The notes beneath the pieces were generated by a model. The model searched no databases. It saw nothing but the letters and a program-made list of their open reading frames with translations, and was not told the DNA's origin. From an uncultured Chloroflexia bacterium (GTDB taxonomy: Bacteria > Chloroflexota > Anaerolineae > JAAYZQ01), in contig CAVOXA010000010.1 in the NCBI GenBank assembly GCA_963700285.1, forward strand, positions 1,920,001 to 1,984,000: a DNA stretch of 64,000 nucleotides, written 5' to 3'. The translations under genes and the position numbers were made by a program. This document shows, in pieces, positions 18,927 through 28,807 of this stretch (position 1 is its first letter; each line of letters begins with the position of its first letter).

Positions 18927-20471
18927 CTATCCGTGGTGATTTTCGGTCCCGATTTCGGACAATGCTTCCAGTTTTAGGAACTTGGTGGCGGCGGTCATGA
19001 TCTCTTCTTGCGTCGTCCCCTTGGCATCAAACTCGCCTGTGACCCTGCCCTGGCACATGACCACCACTCTATCGCTCATACCCAGGATCTCGGGCATTTC
19101 GGACGAGATCATCAGAATGCCCATACCTTGCTGGGCCAGGCGGCTCATCAGGGCGTGGACCTCGGCCTTGGCGCCCACATCAATGCCCCGAGTGGGCTCG
19201 TCCATGATCAGGATCTTGGGCTCGGTACTCAGCCACTTGGCCAGGACCACTTTTTGTTGGTTGCCGCCGCTCAGATTGCTCACCGTCTGCGACAGGCTGG
19301 GGGTGGCAATCGAAAGAGCCTCCACATAGCGAGCCGCGATATCTGACTCTTTCTTTGTGCTGATGGCTCCCAATAGGTTTGAGATCCGTTGCAGAATTGC
19401 CATGGTAGTGTTCTGCTTGACGTCCATGCTCAAGATCAAGCCGTGCTGTTTGCGATCCTCAGGCACCCAACCGATGCCAAGCTTGACAGCATCGCCGGGA
19501 TGGCCTATGTCGACTTTTTTGCCTTCCACCAATATCTCGCCGCCGGTTAGCCGATCCACGCCGTTGATGAGGCGAGCAACGTCTGTTCGACCAGCGCCCA
19601 CAAGGCCAGCCAGTCCAACAATTTCGCCAGCATGCACCGTAAAGCTCACGTCCCGGACACCCCTGTCACCCGAGAGATTGCGGACCTCGAGAACCGGCTC
19701 CCGGATCTCGGCCTCCTCCTTGGGGAACAACTTGACCTGCCGTCCCACCATGTGGCGGATGATCTTTTCCTCGGTAGCATCAGCCGAGTCCAAGTCGCCC
19801 ACTCGACGGCCATCGCGCATAACCACGATGCGGTCGACTACCTCGAGAACCTCATCCAGGCGGTGGCTTACAAAGACGACCGGCACCCCCTTCTCTTTCA
19901 GGCGCCGCATCAGAGCGAAAAGCGCATCCACCTCTTTGCTGGACAGAGCTGAGGTGGGTTCATCCATCTGGATCAGGCTGGCATTCTGTGCGACAGCCTT
20001 GGCAATCTCTACCATTTGCTGGGCAGCGACAGGCAGCTCTCTGACCGTCGTTTTCCCAGAGATATCGGCGCCCAGGTCGTGCAGAATCGCTTCTGATTCC
20101 CGGTTCATGCGCCGGAAATCCACCATGCCCAGGGCGGGCACGCGAAGAGGTTCCTGGTTGAGGAACACATTCTCAGCAACGGTCAAGTGCGGCACCAGCG
20201 CCAATTCCTGGTAGATGGTACTGATACCCAGCTCCTGAGCCTCGTGGGGCGTTCGCGGTTCAACTTGCTTCCCGTTCAACCAGATCGCGCCATCATCCAA
20301 CTCGTACACGCCCGACACGATCTTGATGAGCGTTGACTTGCCGGCCCCATTCTCGCCGACTAGACCCAGGATCTCCCCCGGATAGACCTCAAAGTCCACG
20401 TCATCCAGAGCCTGGACACCCGGGAAGGCCTTGTAAATCCCTTCCATACGAAGCAAAGGGTCAGTTTCCAT
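18927..20471 (-). CDS. Sugar ABC transporter ATP-binding protein (RbsA-like)
   Basis: GENGAGKS, DEPT, LSGGNQQK; two NBD halves. Confidence 0.95.
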   Translation of the reverse strand: METDPLLRMEGIYKAFPGVQALDDVDFEVYPGEILGLVGENGAGKSTLIKIVSGVYELDDGAIWLNGKQVEPRTPHEAQELGISTIYQELALVPHLTVAENVFLNQEPLRVPALGMVDFRRMNRESEAILHDLGADISGKTTVRELPVAAQQMVEIAKAVAQNASLIQMDEPTSALSSKEVDALFALMRRLKEKGVPVVFVSHRLDEVLEVVDRIVVMRDGRRVGDLDSADATEEKIIRHMVGRQVKLFPKEEAEIREPVLEVRNLSGDRGVRDVSFTVHAGEIVGLAGLVGAGRTDVARLINGVDRLTGGEILVEGKKVDIGHPGDAVKLGIGWVPEDRKQHGLILSMDVKQNTTMAILQRISNLLGAISTKKESDIAARYVEALSIATPSLSQTVSNLSGGNQQKVVLAKWLSTEPKILIMDEPTRGIDVGAKAEVHALMSRLAQQGMGILMISSEMPEILGMSDRVVVMCQGRVTGEFDAKGTTQEEIMTAATKFLKLEALSEIGTENHHG

Positions 20472-20508
20472 GTGGTAGTCCCTTCTTCTCGACTATTGAC
20501 AGCGAGTG

Positions 20509-20539
20509 GGGTGCTCTCCCCTGCAAGGGGAGAGCACCC
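20509..20539 (-). other. Stable intercistronic hairpin between the binding-protein and ATPase genes
   Basis: GGGTGCTCTCCCCT / AGGGGAGAGCACCC 14-bp perfect stem. Confidence 0.7.
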
Positions 20540-20580
20540 GCCTCAAACCTACTCAAGTAGGTCGTCTACTACCTTGGACG

Positions 20581-21807
20581 CTACTGTGACGGGATACCGA
20601 TGGAGTCCAGGTACTCCTGGTACAAGCCAAAGGTGTCGGCCAGGATCACATCGACGCCGGTGTTCAGGCGAATCTTGCCCTCGTCACCCAGCTCGTCCAG
20701 ATAGGGATCCAGGAGTGCCATCGTCTCTTCCACGCCAAGGATGGTCATGGCGTTCATGACGTAGCCGCTCAGGTAGCCGTAAAAGTACACGCGCTGCCCG
20801 ATCATGGCCTGGACTGCGCCGTCTTCCATGCAGCGCTGCGTTTCCGGCTCGGCGTCAAAGGCCACGATCTTGACCTCGCCTTCCTTGCCCGCCTGTTTGA
20901 CCGCCTGGCAGGCCGCCGGGCCATCGTAGGAGTAGAAGGTGATAAAGCCGGCCAGGTCCTCGTACTTTTGCATGGCCGTCTGGGCGTTGCTCAGGGCAAC
21001 CTCGGGCTTGATGTCGTCCAGGAGCACCTCGACCATCTCCAGGCCGGTGCCTTCCAGCACGTCATTGACTCCGGCGATGCGGTCCTGGGCGTTCTGGGCC
21101 GTGGCATAGCCAACCAGGCCAACCACCTTGCCCTCGCCGATGAGATCCAGAGCCGCCTGGCCCGCCGCACGACCCGCATCGTAGTCGGACATACCGATGT
21201 ACATGGATCGCTCGCTGCCGGTAGCATCCGAGTCGGTGTTGATGACGTGAATGCCCTTGGCCACCGCATCCGCGATGATGTCGTGCGGGGCTTCGCGGTC
21301 AATGGACGAGAAGGTGATGGCATTGTAACCATCGTTTACAAAGGTCTCCAGCATGGTAAGCTGCTGAGAGAGCTTCTCAGCGGCGGTTGGCGCCTGGAAC
21401 ATGATGGGAACATTGATCTCCAACGAGGCGCGCGACGCACCGGTCTGAGCCGCGGTCCAGAAGGGAGCCACGGCATTGGTCAGCAGCACGTACTTGGCCC
21501 CACCAGGAGGCGCCATGCCTTCGGTGGCTGCCTTCAAGACTTCTACTGCTTCGAACAGGTCGTCGGGCTTGTAGGGGTTAGGGGCGCCCGCCTCGGGCGC
21601 GGCCGGAACCTCGACCTCGACGGTCACGACCTTTTCGACCTCTTTCTCGACCTCGACGACCTCGGTCACGATCTTTTCAACCTCTTTTTCGACCTCGACC
21701 ACTACAGTCTCGACCACGACCTGAGGTTCCGGCGCAGCGCCGCAACCGGCCAGCACCAGCGCCAGAATGGCCAACAAACTGACAAGCAAAGCTACTTTGG
21801 TCTTCAC
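20581..21807 (-). CDS. Sugar ABC substrate-binding lipoprotein (RbsB-like) with a VEVEKEV low-complexity linker
   Basis: GTG start after SD AAAGGAGG; lipobox LAGC; PFW...GA, DSD, YIG, AFD, GQR. Confidence 0.9.
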   Translation of the reverse strand: MKTKVALLVSLLAILALVLAGCGAAPEPQVVVETVVVEVEKEVEKIVTEVVEVEKEVEKVVTVEVEVPAAPEAGAPNPYKPDDLFEAVEVLKAATEGMAPPGGAKYVLLTNAVAPFWTAAQTGASRASLEINVPIMFQAPTAAEKLSQQLTMLETFVNDGYNAITFSSIDREAPHDIIADAVAKGIHVINTDSDATGSERSMYIGMSDYDAGRAAGQAALDLIGEGKVVGLVGYATAQNAQDRIAGVNDVLEGTGLEMVEVLLDDIKPEVALSNAQTAMQKYEDLAGFITFYSYDGPAACQAVKQAGKEGEVKIVAFDAEPETQRCMEDGAVQAMIGQRVYFYGYLSGYVMNAMTILGVEETMALLDPYLDELGDEGKIRLNTGVDVILADTFGLYQEYLDSIGIPSQ

Positions 21808-22069
21808 GATCTTTTTCCTCCTTTGGTTGTGCATGTGGTTTGAACTACCTCTTGCCTCTCGACCTGCCCCTTGAATCTGGGCCACCGCATCGAGCGGCAT
21901 CTTCCTGATGACGGCTTGCTTTGTTTGGGTGTGCACCTCCTTTCGGTAGTGCGCCTATCCAGGGAGCCACCACAGCCAGCCCTGTGCGGCAGGGTCTTGG
22001 CGGCCACCATGGCAGCAATGTATTCCAGCCGCACGGCGACGAGCCCACTGAACAGGACAAGGCTCCAAC

Positions 22070-22852
22070 TCAGCATGAACAAACATAAAAGTCACCCGGA
22101 GCCATGACAACAGGCCGCGCCTTGCTGCCTTCGCTGGTGAGCGCCGCAACGAAATCGGCAGAGTCGGCCGTATTTTCGGCGACCAAACCCCAGTGCATGG
22201 GGATGACCACGGTTGGCTCGACCTCCCTGGTCAATTTGCCCGCTTCCTCCGGCGTCATGTTTCCGTATTGGCCATTGATGCAGACCAACATGATGTCTGG
22301 CTGAAAGGCGCTGGCTGCTTTGAGATCGGGATGGTAGAGCGTGTCGCCAGTATGGTAGACGATGATCCCCTCCAGGTCAAGAACAAAGCCTACTGCGTCC
22401 GGCTGGGGCGCGCCAGCCTCGGACTCGTGGTGGGCAAAGACAGCCGAGACGGGAACACCCGCGATCGTCTGACTCTCGCCCCGGTTGATCTCGACGATGC
22501 GCCCGGCCGGAATCCCCCAATCCCGCATGGCCTGGACGCACAGCGCCGGTCCGGCGATGATGGTATCACTGGCAGCCGCGATGTCGGGGATCGAGTGCGG
22601 ATCCAAATGGTCCTCGTGTGCATGCGTTGCCAGCACCAGGTCCGCCTCTACCTCGCTGGGCGGGAAAGGAATCGGCGAACCCGGCAGGCGCTGCCACGAA
22701 TAGAAATGATCGAGGGAGTCAGAGAGGTAGGGATCCACGTAGACGATCTTGCCCCCGCCCGTCTTGAAGGCAAAGCCCGCTCCCCCCAGCCAGAAAACGG
22801 CCAGGCTGCCGGATGGGACTGAAAGGTCTCGAATACTCTTGGCAAGGGTCAT
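22070..22852 (-). CDS. MBL-fold metallo-hydrolase (UlaG-like lactonase)
   Basis: WLGGAGF, DPYLS, THAHEDHLD, YHTGDT, CINGQYGNM, PMHW. Confidence 0.85.
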   Translation of the reverse strand: MTLAKSIRDLSVPSGSLAVFWLGGAGFAFKTGGGKIVYVDPYLSDSLDHFYSWQRLPGSPIPFPPSEVEADLVLATHAHEDHLDPHSIPDIAAASDTIIAGPALCVQAMRDWGIPAGRIVEINRGESQTIAGVPVSAVFAHHESEAGAPQPDAVGFVLDLEGIIVYHTGDTLYHPDLKAASAFQPDIMLVCINGQYGNMTPEEAGKLTREVEPTVVIPMHWGLVAENTADSADFVAALTSEGSKARPVVMAPGDFYVCSC

Positions 22853-22857
22853 CAGAA

Positions 22858-23928
22858 TTACAGTCCTCCCGGAGCCACCAGGATCTTGAGGTTCCCCGCT
22901 CGATCCCTGAGCAACTCCTCCAGTCCTTTCTCGACAATGTCATCCAGGGCAATACGGCCAGTGATGAGCGGTTCGGCATCGATCCGCCCATCGCCCAACA
23001 GTTTGACGGCCGAGGCAAAGTCCTCGTCGTAGACGTGGGAAAATGAGCCGATCAACTCGATCTCATCGCAGACCAATGGGAAAAAGTTGATCGGAACCGG
23101 TTCGTTGGTCAGGCTCAGAACGACGACGCGCCCCCGTTTGCAGGCGAGCTTGGGGGCCAGAGCGATCGTCTCGGCATTGCCGCCTGACTCCAGCACGACG
23201 TCAACCCCACGGCCACCGGTGAGATCCTTGATGGACTGAACGACGTCGACCTCCGCCGGATCGAATACCTGGGCGGCGCCCATCCGGGACGCAAGCTCGC
23301 GGCGGCTGGCCTCGATCTCGATGACGTATACCTCTGAGGCACCGGCCAGGAGAGCCGTCTGCAGGCAGAGCAAACCAATGGTCCCAGCGCCAACCACCGC
23401 CACCGTATCCCCAAACGTTGTTCGTGCCTGGCGATTGGCCCGGATGGCGACCGAAGCCGGTTCGCCCAGCACGGCAACCTCGGACGAAACGCCGGGTGGT
23501 AGGTGGAAGCACATGTAGGTGGGCGCGTTCACATACTCGGCAAAGCCGCCATGGGTCATCAAGCCCAGGATGGCCAGGTTCTCGCACTGGTGTACCAAAT
23601 GGCGCTTGCACCAGTGGCACTCCCCACAGTGGATCAACGTATCGGGCGTGACGACGTCTCCCACCTCAAAGCCGGTGACACCGGGTCCAATCTCGGCTAT
23701 CGTGCCGACGAATTCGTGACCCAGAATCATCGGCGCCTGGACCCCTGTGAGCGGGTTCGGCTCGTCCACCGGGATATAGAGCGGTCCGAAGAGATACTCC
23801 TCCAGGTCGGTGCCGCACAGGCCACACCACTCAACCTTGATCTTGATCTCGCCCTCGCCCGGCGCTGGCGGATCGGGAAACTCTATGACGCGGATGTCGC
23901 GTCGGCCGTACCAGACTGCTGCTTTCAT
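22858..23928 (-). CDS. Zinc-dependent medium-chain (polyol / 2,3-butanediol-type) dehydrogenase
   Basis: CGTD, GHE, CGECHWC...C, GAGTIG. Confidence 0.9.
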   Translation of the reverse strand: MKAAVWYGRRDIRVIEFPDPPAPGEGEIKIKVEWCGLCGTDLEEYLFGPLYIPVDEPNPLTGVQAPMILGHEFVGTIAEIGPGVTGFEVGDVVTPDTLIHCGECHWCKRHLVHQCENLAILGLMTHGGFAEYVNAPTYMCFHLPPGVSSEVAVLGEPASVAIRANRQARTTFGDTVAVVGAGTIGLLCLQTALLAGASEVYVIEIEASRRELASRMGAAQVFDPAEVDVVQSIKDLTGGRGVDVVLESGGNAETIALAPKLACKRGRVVVLSLTNEPVPINFFPLVCDEIELIGSFSHVYDEDFASAVKLLGDGRIDAEPLITGRIALDDIVEKGLEELLRDRAGNLKILVAPGGL

Positions 23929-24003
23929 CCTAGCCTCACCTATAGTACGCGGTCTCTAGCGCGCCTCAGTTCCTCCACTTTCTCACAAATCTACGCAGGC
24001 ATC

Positions 24004-25098
24004 TCACACAGGACTCAGAGCCGCGGACAGCCCAAGCTCCGAGCCGCAGGGCACACGGTCCGGGAGCGCAGCAACTGGCCTGCAAGAGTCACGTTCTACC
24101 AGCATAGTGCCAAGACTGTAGGTGCGCGGCTTGTCAGGGGGATGTCCCTCCCTGATCCAGCGCAACAACAGATCCACGGCCAACATTCCCATCTCCTCCA
24201 CAGCGATATCGACCGTGGTGACAGGCGGTTGCCAGAAACTGAGCCATTCGGAATCGTCAAAGGCAACAACGGACATCTCATCGGGAACACGAACACCACG
24301 CCTGGCCAGGGCCGTCATTGTCCCCACCAAAAGGCGGTTGCTGGTGGCAAAGATGGCGGAAGGCCGGGGGGAAAGCGCAAGCAGTTGTTCGGTAGCCTCA
24401 AGGCCATGATCCTTGCTAAAGTCCCCAACCTTGAGCAGTTGGGGATCGATGGCCAGGCCGGCATCCATCATGGCGTGCTTGAAGCCCTGGATCCGATCCG
24501 CACCTGTCGTGGTCTCTGGTGAGCCAACAACCAGGGCAATGCGCTCGTGGCCCAAACCGATGAGGTGCTGGGTTCCCCGATAGGCGCCCCTCAGGTTGTC
24601 AGCCAGTACACAATCTAGCAGATCCGCCTCGCGCTGCCTGTTGATTTCTACAAAGGGAATGCCCTGGCGGACAAAGCGGCGGGTGTGGTCGGAATAGTCA
24701 CCATCGGCTGGCGGCACATAGATGATGCCATCGACTTTCCGTTCCCAGAGAAACTGCAAATAGTCGATATACCGCTCAGTAGATTCCCTCGTAATGCCCA
24801 AGAGCATGATGTAGCCACGCTGCGCGAGATGATGCTCTATCGCCTGAGACACTCCGGTATAGTAGACGTTCAAGATATCAGGAATAATGAGCGCCACCAG
24901 CTTGGATGGCATCCCCCGCAGGCCTCGGGCGCGTGCATCGGGGCGGTAGTCTAATTCCACAATCGCCCCTTCGACGCGCTGGCGGGTCTTTTCCCCGACG
25001 TAGCCGCTGTCATTCAGGACACGGGAAACGGTCGCGGGCGACACCTCAGCGAATCTGGCGATGTCCTTGATAGTCACATGAGACTTGGCTTCTGTCAC
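24004..25098 (-). CDS. LacI-family transcriptional regulator
   Basis: TIKDIARFAEVSPATVSRVLN HTH; GVRVPDEMSVVAFDD. Confidence 0.95.
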   Translation of the reverse strand: MTEAKSHVTIKDIARFAEVSPATVSRVLNDSGYVGEKTRQRVEGAIVELDYRPDARARGLRGMPSKLVALIIPDILNVYYTGVSQAIEHHLAQRGYIMLLGITRESTERYIDYLQFLWERKVDGIIYVPPADGDYSDHTRRFVRQGIPFVEINRQREADLLDCVLADNLRGAYRGTQHLIGLGHERIALVVGSPETTTGADRIQGFKHAMMDAGLAIDPQLLKVGDFSKDHGLEATEQLLALSPRPSAIFATSNRLLVGTMTALARRGVRVPDEMSVVAFDDSEWLSFWQPPVTTVDIAVEEMGMLAVDLLLRWIREGHPPDKPRTYSLGTMLVERDSCRPVAALPDRVPCGSELGLSAALSPV

Positions 25099-25167
25099 AC
25101 CATCCCCACACACCCTGGTATAGGCAATAAACAGCAAATAGATCTGGCTCGTCAATGAAACCGGGGC

Positions 25168-25213
25168 TGAAAACGATTTCATATATTCTACCATATTTGG
25201 CCAGGGATGTCAA
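25168..25213 (-). promoter_or_regulatory. lacI promoter with an overlapping LacI-type operator
   Basis: Minus strand TTGACA-17bp-TAGAAT, followed by the near-palindrome TGAAATCGTTTTCA (25168-25181) with a central CG. Confidence 0.75.
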
Positions 25214-25255
25214 GTGTCCCTTTTGCACCGCGACGCTGCCCAACAGATCGATTGC

Positions 25256-26488
25256 TTACTGGAGCAAGGGCTCGCGCAGGATGTCGTCCAGAACCAGCGC
25301 TACCGCGCCCAGGACACAGGCATCTGCTCCATGGGCAGCCGTGACCACCTGGACCCCCTGGCGAGCCAGCGCCAGGGCGTGCCGCCGCATCGCCGCATCG
25401 ATGGCTGGTAGCAGAAAAACGCTGGCCAGGCTCAGCGCCCCGCCCAGAACGACCATTTCCGGATTGAAGGCATTGACCAGATTGGCGATGCCTATTCCCA
25501 ACTGGACGCCGACCGCTTGCAGCGCCGCCTTGGCCACAGGATCCCCGTCCTCGGCAGCCTGTACGACGATGCTCACATCCATCGAGCCCAGATCACCGTC
25601 GACAAGGGACCTCATCCGGCTCGGGGTACCGCTCTCAGCGATTAGTCTCTCAACACGCCTCACAATCGCCTGGGGCCCCACCACGGTCTCCCAGCAGCCT
25701 CGCTTGCCACAGCCGCAGGGTTCACCGTCAGGATCGACCGTCATGTGCCCGATCTCGCCCGCATAGCCGCCGCTGCCCCGGAAGAGCTTGCCGTTGAGGA
25801 TGATGCCTCCACCGAGGCCGACACCGGCGCTCAAATAGATGAGACTCCCCACGTCACGGGCCACGCCGAAATAGTACTCACCCAGAGCCGCGGCATTGGC
25901 CTCATTCTCGACAAAGACGGGCAGATTGAACCGTTCAGTGAATATTCCACGCAAGGGCACGTCGTACCACCCCAGGTTCGGGGCGAAGGCGAGGCTACCC
26001 TGACGGGTGTCTACCAGGCCTGGCACGCCCAAGCCAATGCCCAAAGGCCGCAGATCTTTCGCCTGGCCGGCGCCCAGTGCTGCCTGGATAAGAGACGCAG
26101 TACGCTCGACAATGACAGCCTGCAGATCCTGTGGATGCGAAGGTACCCGCTGCAGCCACAGGGTCTGGGCCAGAAAATCCGTAGCGGCCACGCAGATATA
26201 GTCGACGCCGATCTCGACGCCAACGGCAAAGCCGCCGTCGGGGCTGAGCTCCAGCAACATGCCAGGGCGCCCGCGCTCAGAGGGCGCCAAGCCGATCTCG
26301 CGGACGTATTGTTCCTGTAACAGGTCGTTGATGACACTGGAGACGGTACTGCGGTTCAGACCGGTAGCGGCCGAGAGACCCGCGCGCGACAGGGGTCCGC
26401 GCATGCGCAGGCACTCCAGGATATGTGAGGTGTTTAGTTTGCGAACCAGGACCTGATCGGCGGTCCCTGACTGCTCGGCCACGAGCAT
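25256..26488 (-). CDS. ROK-family (XylR-like) transcriptional repressor
   Basis: SRAGLSAATGLNRSTVS HTH; GRPG; ENEANAAALGE; GEIGH; CGCGKRGCWE. Confidence 0.93.
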   Translation of the reverse strand: MLVAEQSGTADQVLVRKLNTSHILECLRMRGPLSRAGLSAATGLNRSTVSSVINDLLQEQYVREIGLAPSERGRPGMLLELSPDGGFAVGVEIGVDYICVAATDFLAQTLWLQRVPSHPQDLQAVIVERTASLIQAALGAGQAKDLRPLGIGLGVPGLVDTRQGSLAFAPNLGWYDVPLRGIFTERFNLPVFVENEANAAALGEYYFGVARDVGSLIYLSAGVGLGGGIILNGKLFRGSGGYAGEIGHMTVDPDGEPCGCGKRGCWETVVGPQAIVRRVERLIAESGTPSRMRSLVDGDLGSMDVSIVVQAAEDGDPVAKAALQAVGVQLGIGIANLVNAFNPEMVVLGGALSLASVFLLPAIDAAMRRHALALARQGVQVVTAAHGADACVLGAVALVLDDILREPLLQ

Positions 26489-26553
26489 TTCTCCGGGTTG
26501 CACCGGCTCTTCAGGCCGGTTCTGGTGTCTGGCGGCGGACTGTGGCCCACCGT

Positions 26554-26609
26554 CTTTTGTTTGTTGCAGCGACAAACAAAAGTATAGCATGAATTGCTGA
26601 GCATGTCAA
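26554..26609 (-). promoter_or_regulatory. ROK gene promoter with a XylR-type palindromic operator
   Basis: Minus strand TTGACA-17bp-TATACT (TGn extended); perfect 11-7-11 palindrome CTTTTGTTTGT-N7-ACAAACAAAAG at 26554-26582 over the predicted start site. Confidence 0.8.
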
Positions 26610-26774
26610 GTCCTGGCTTCTCTGCCTTGTGGATCGTTTTCGGCGAGAACCATCTGTCGTGTGCGCAGGCTGGAACGCACGTCTTTCTGACTGATTCGAG
26701 TGGGAACACCTTGGTCCGCGTGATAGCCCTGGGCGATGGCGATTTCAGACCAGGAACAGCAAGGCCCCCTCATG

Positions 26775-26806
26775 GACCCCGGAGGTTTTCTGCAACCTCC
26801 GAGGTC
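26775..26806. repeat. Palindromic REP-like element
   Basis: GACCCCGGAGGTT-N6-AACCTCCGAGGTC; similar in style to 34171-34202. Confidence 0.65.
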
Positions 26807-26975
26807 TGAGTAAGATGGTCGCCGGGCTCGGGATCGGGTAGAGGCTCGTCGACGTCGGGGTCGATGCGGACGGTTCTGGTGAACAGACGCGCGGGGATGG
26901 CGATGGTGGGGTGGGTTGGGATGTCTGAGACTCGGATTAGTTGCATGGTTGCTGGTTTCGTGTTCCTAGTTTCTA

Positions 26976-27050
26976 GACCCTTAGGGTCCAAGGCAGACCC
27001 TAAGGGTCAAGATGAGATCCTTCACTCCGTTCAGGATAGCCTTCGGCTAT
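26976..27050. repeat. Stacked palindromic REP-like elements
   Basis: GACCCTTAGGGTC-N7-GACCCTAAGGGTC, then GAGATCCTTCACTCCGTTCAGGATAGCCTTCGGCTAT. Confidence 0.6.
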
Positions 27051-28268
27051 TCCTCTCCTGCCGCGTAGGTGAAGCTGAGGCCGGTCAGGCGGACGTCGGC
27101 GGTGGCGCTGGTGTCGGATAGCTCGATCTTGAGCTTGAGGCGGTAGAAGCTGACGGATAGGTCGGAGGCGGTGACGCGGGAATCGGCGCCGGTGTTGGTG
27201 GCGGCCTGGGTGTAGGCGCCGCTGTCGTCGGCCTGGTACTTGATGGTGACGGTGGTGTTGGCCGGTGGCGTTCTTGACGGTGGCGGTGATGTTGAGCAGG
27301 CGCTTCTCGACGCCGGGGCGGTCGCCGTCGTGCCAGGAGGTCTCGAGAGCGCCGTCCTGCAGGGCGGAGCCGCCGTCCTGCAGGGCGGAGCCGCCGTCCT
27401 GCAGGGCGGAGCCGCCGGCGTGGCAGATGCCCTCGTCGCTGCCGGACTTGCCGGTAAGGATGATCTCACCGCCGCAGCTGGCGGCAATAGGCGTCATGCC
27501 GCTGGCGCCGAAGGTGGGAGTGAGGAAGTCGGTGAAGTGGTTGCCGACCAGGAGCTTGAAAGCGGCGGAGCTGGTGGTCAGCTCGTAGTAGAGCAGCTCG
27601 CCGCGCCAGGTCAGGAGGCCGATGCTGGAGGGGCTGGCGGCGGAGTCGGGGATGCGGGCGACGCGCTCGACACGGTAGCCGGTGTAGGCCAGGAGGTCGC
27701 GGGTGACGGTGCCGTCGGGGTTGGGGTGGGCGCCGGAGAGGAGCCAGAGGTCGTTGTCGTGGACGCAGAAGGGGCAGCCAGCGGAGGGATAGGCGCCGGT
27801 GTCGGCGGGCAGGACGGCCATGTCCTCGAGCTTGCGGACGGAGGTCTTGGCGTAGGCAACGGTGCGCATGACGCGGAGCTCGCCGTTGAGAATCGAGCAG
27901 ACGATGAGCAGGTCGTCCTTGAGGCCGGTGGCGAAGATGGGGACCAGGTCGTCGGCGGGGTTGTAGTGGCCCTCGAGGAGCGAGCCGTCGGTCATCATGC
28001 GGTAGATGCGGCAGTCGGGCTGGACGAGATAGACCCGGCCGCCGACGTAGGAGCGGGCGTTGGGGGCGTCATAGAAGATGCCCTCGACGGCGGTCAGGCC
28101 GGAATGGGTCAGGTGGGATGAGAGGGCCGGGGCGCGGCGCAGCTCCTGGCGGTCGAGGGTGGGCAGGAGGCCGGTCAGGGTGTATAAGTCGCCGGGCTTG
28201 CGGTGGATGTGCTGGCCGGCATTGGTCCAGAGGTTCTGGTGGATGCGGTGGAGGCGGATCTTGGGCAT
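27047..28268 (-). CDS. Phage virion protein (putative head-stabilization/tail-nozzle-like), +1 frameshift near 27261
   Basis: Joins ORFs 27000..28268 and 27047..27487; span 1222 = 407 codons + 1; C-terminal LETSWHDGDRPGVEKRLLNIT...FYRLKLKIEL...VRLTGLSFTY beta domain. Confidence 0.5.
27351..27417. repeat. 21-bp in-frame tandem repeat x3 (GGSALQD)
   Basis: GCCGTCCTGCAGGGCGGAGCC exact at 27351, 27372 and 27393. Confidence 0.95.
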
Positions 28269-28280
28269 GGGTTAGGGCCT

Positions 28281-28307
28281 AGCCACGAATTGCACGAATT
28301 ACACGAA
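28281..28307. repeat. CACGAATT-type short repeat element
   Basis: AGCCACGAATTGCACGAATT, identical over 20 bp to 31383-31402. Confidence 0.8.
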
Positions 28308-28343
28308 GGGGGAGGATGGGATCTCTTCGGAACCCGGAGGAGC

Positions 28344-28601
28344 TCATGGTAGGGGGCTCGTGGGTAGAGGTTCTACCCTGACGTTTTCTAGGACCCAGGC
28401 GCTTAGTTCTACGTCCCATTCTAGGTCGCCGGCGACTATCTTGCCGTTGATTAGGGGCGCGGGCGGGGGTTCGGTGAGGCCGTGGCACTCGACGAGGATG
28501 ATGGGCTGGGCGGTGTCGTGGTCGGGGATGATTTGCATGACGGTGTAGCTGTCGGGCGGGCAGGTCTTGGACCATTGTAGGTAGTCGGTGGGTTGGGTCA
28601 T
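28344..28601 (-). CDS. Hypothetical 85-aa protein
   Basis: ATG with SD GGGAGG, and its own promoter upstream. Confidence 0.7.
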   Translation of the reverse strand: MTQPTDYLQWSKTCPPDSYTVMQIIPDHDTAQPIILVECHGLTEPPPAPLINGKIVAGDLEWDVELSAWVLENVRVEPLPTSPLP

Positions 28602-28662
28602 TAACTGGCCTCCCGTGTACGAGTGTCAAGCTCAGTGTAGGCAGATGTGCTGTCTGTTGAAC

Positions 28663-28714
28663 ATTATACGACGAAACGGGAATGGCGTCAAGTCTAGACC
28701 GAACAAGTGTTCGG
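28663..28714 (-). promoter_or_regulatory. Promoter with an adjacent LexA (SOS) box
   Basis: Minus strand TTGACG-17bp-TATAAT; CCGAAC-AAGT-GTTCGG at 28699-28714 matches GAAC-N4-GTTC. Confidence 0.75.
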
Positions 28715-28807
28715 AACGGGAAGGGGATAGGACACGGGTAGGGTTGCGGAGGGCTGCTTGCGGTTCAGGTCGATCCATGGTATACTTTGAGCAGCTCCGA
28801 GCATCTA

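Noticed and set aside
21620-21720. Repetitive DNA in the binding-protein gene
   Set aside because: Explained by the VEVEKEV low-complexity linker
27351-27417. CRISPR array
   Set aside because: The units are directly adjacent with no spacers, lie in frame within a CDS, and there are no cas genes
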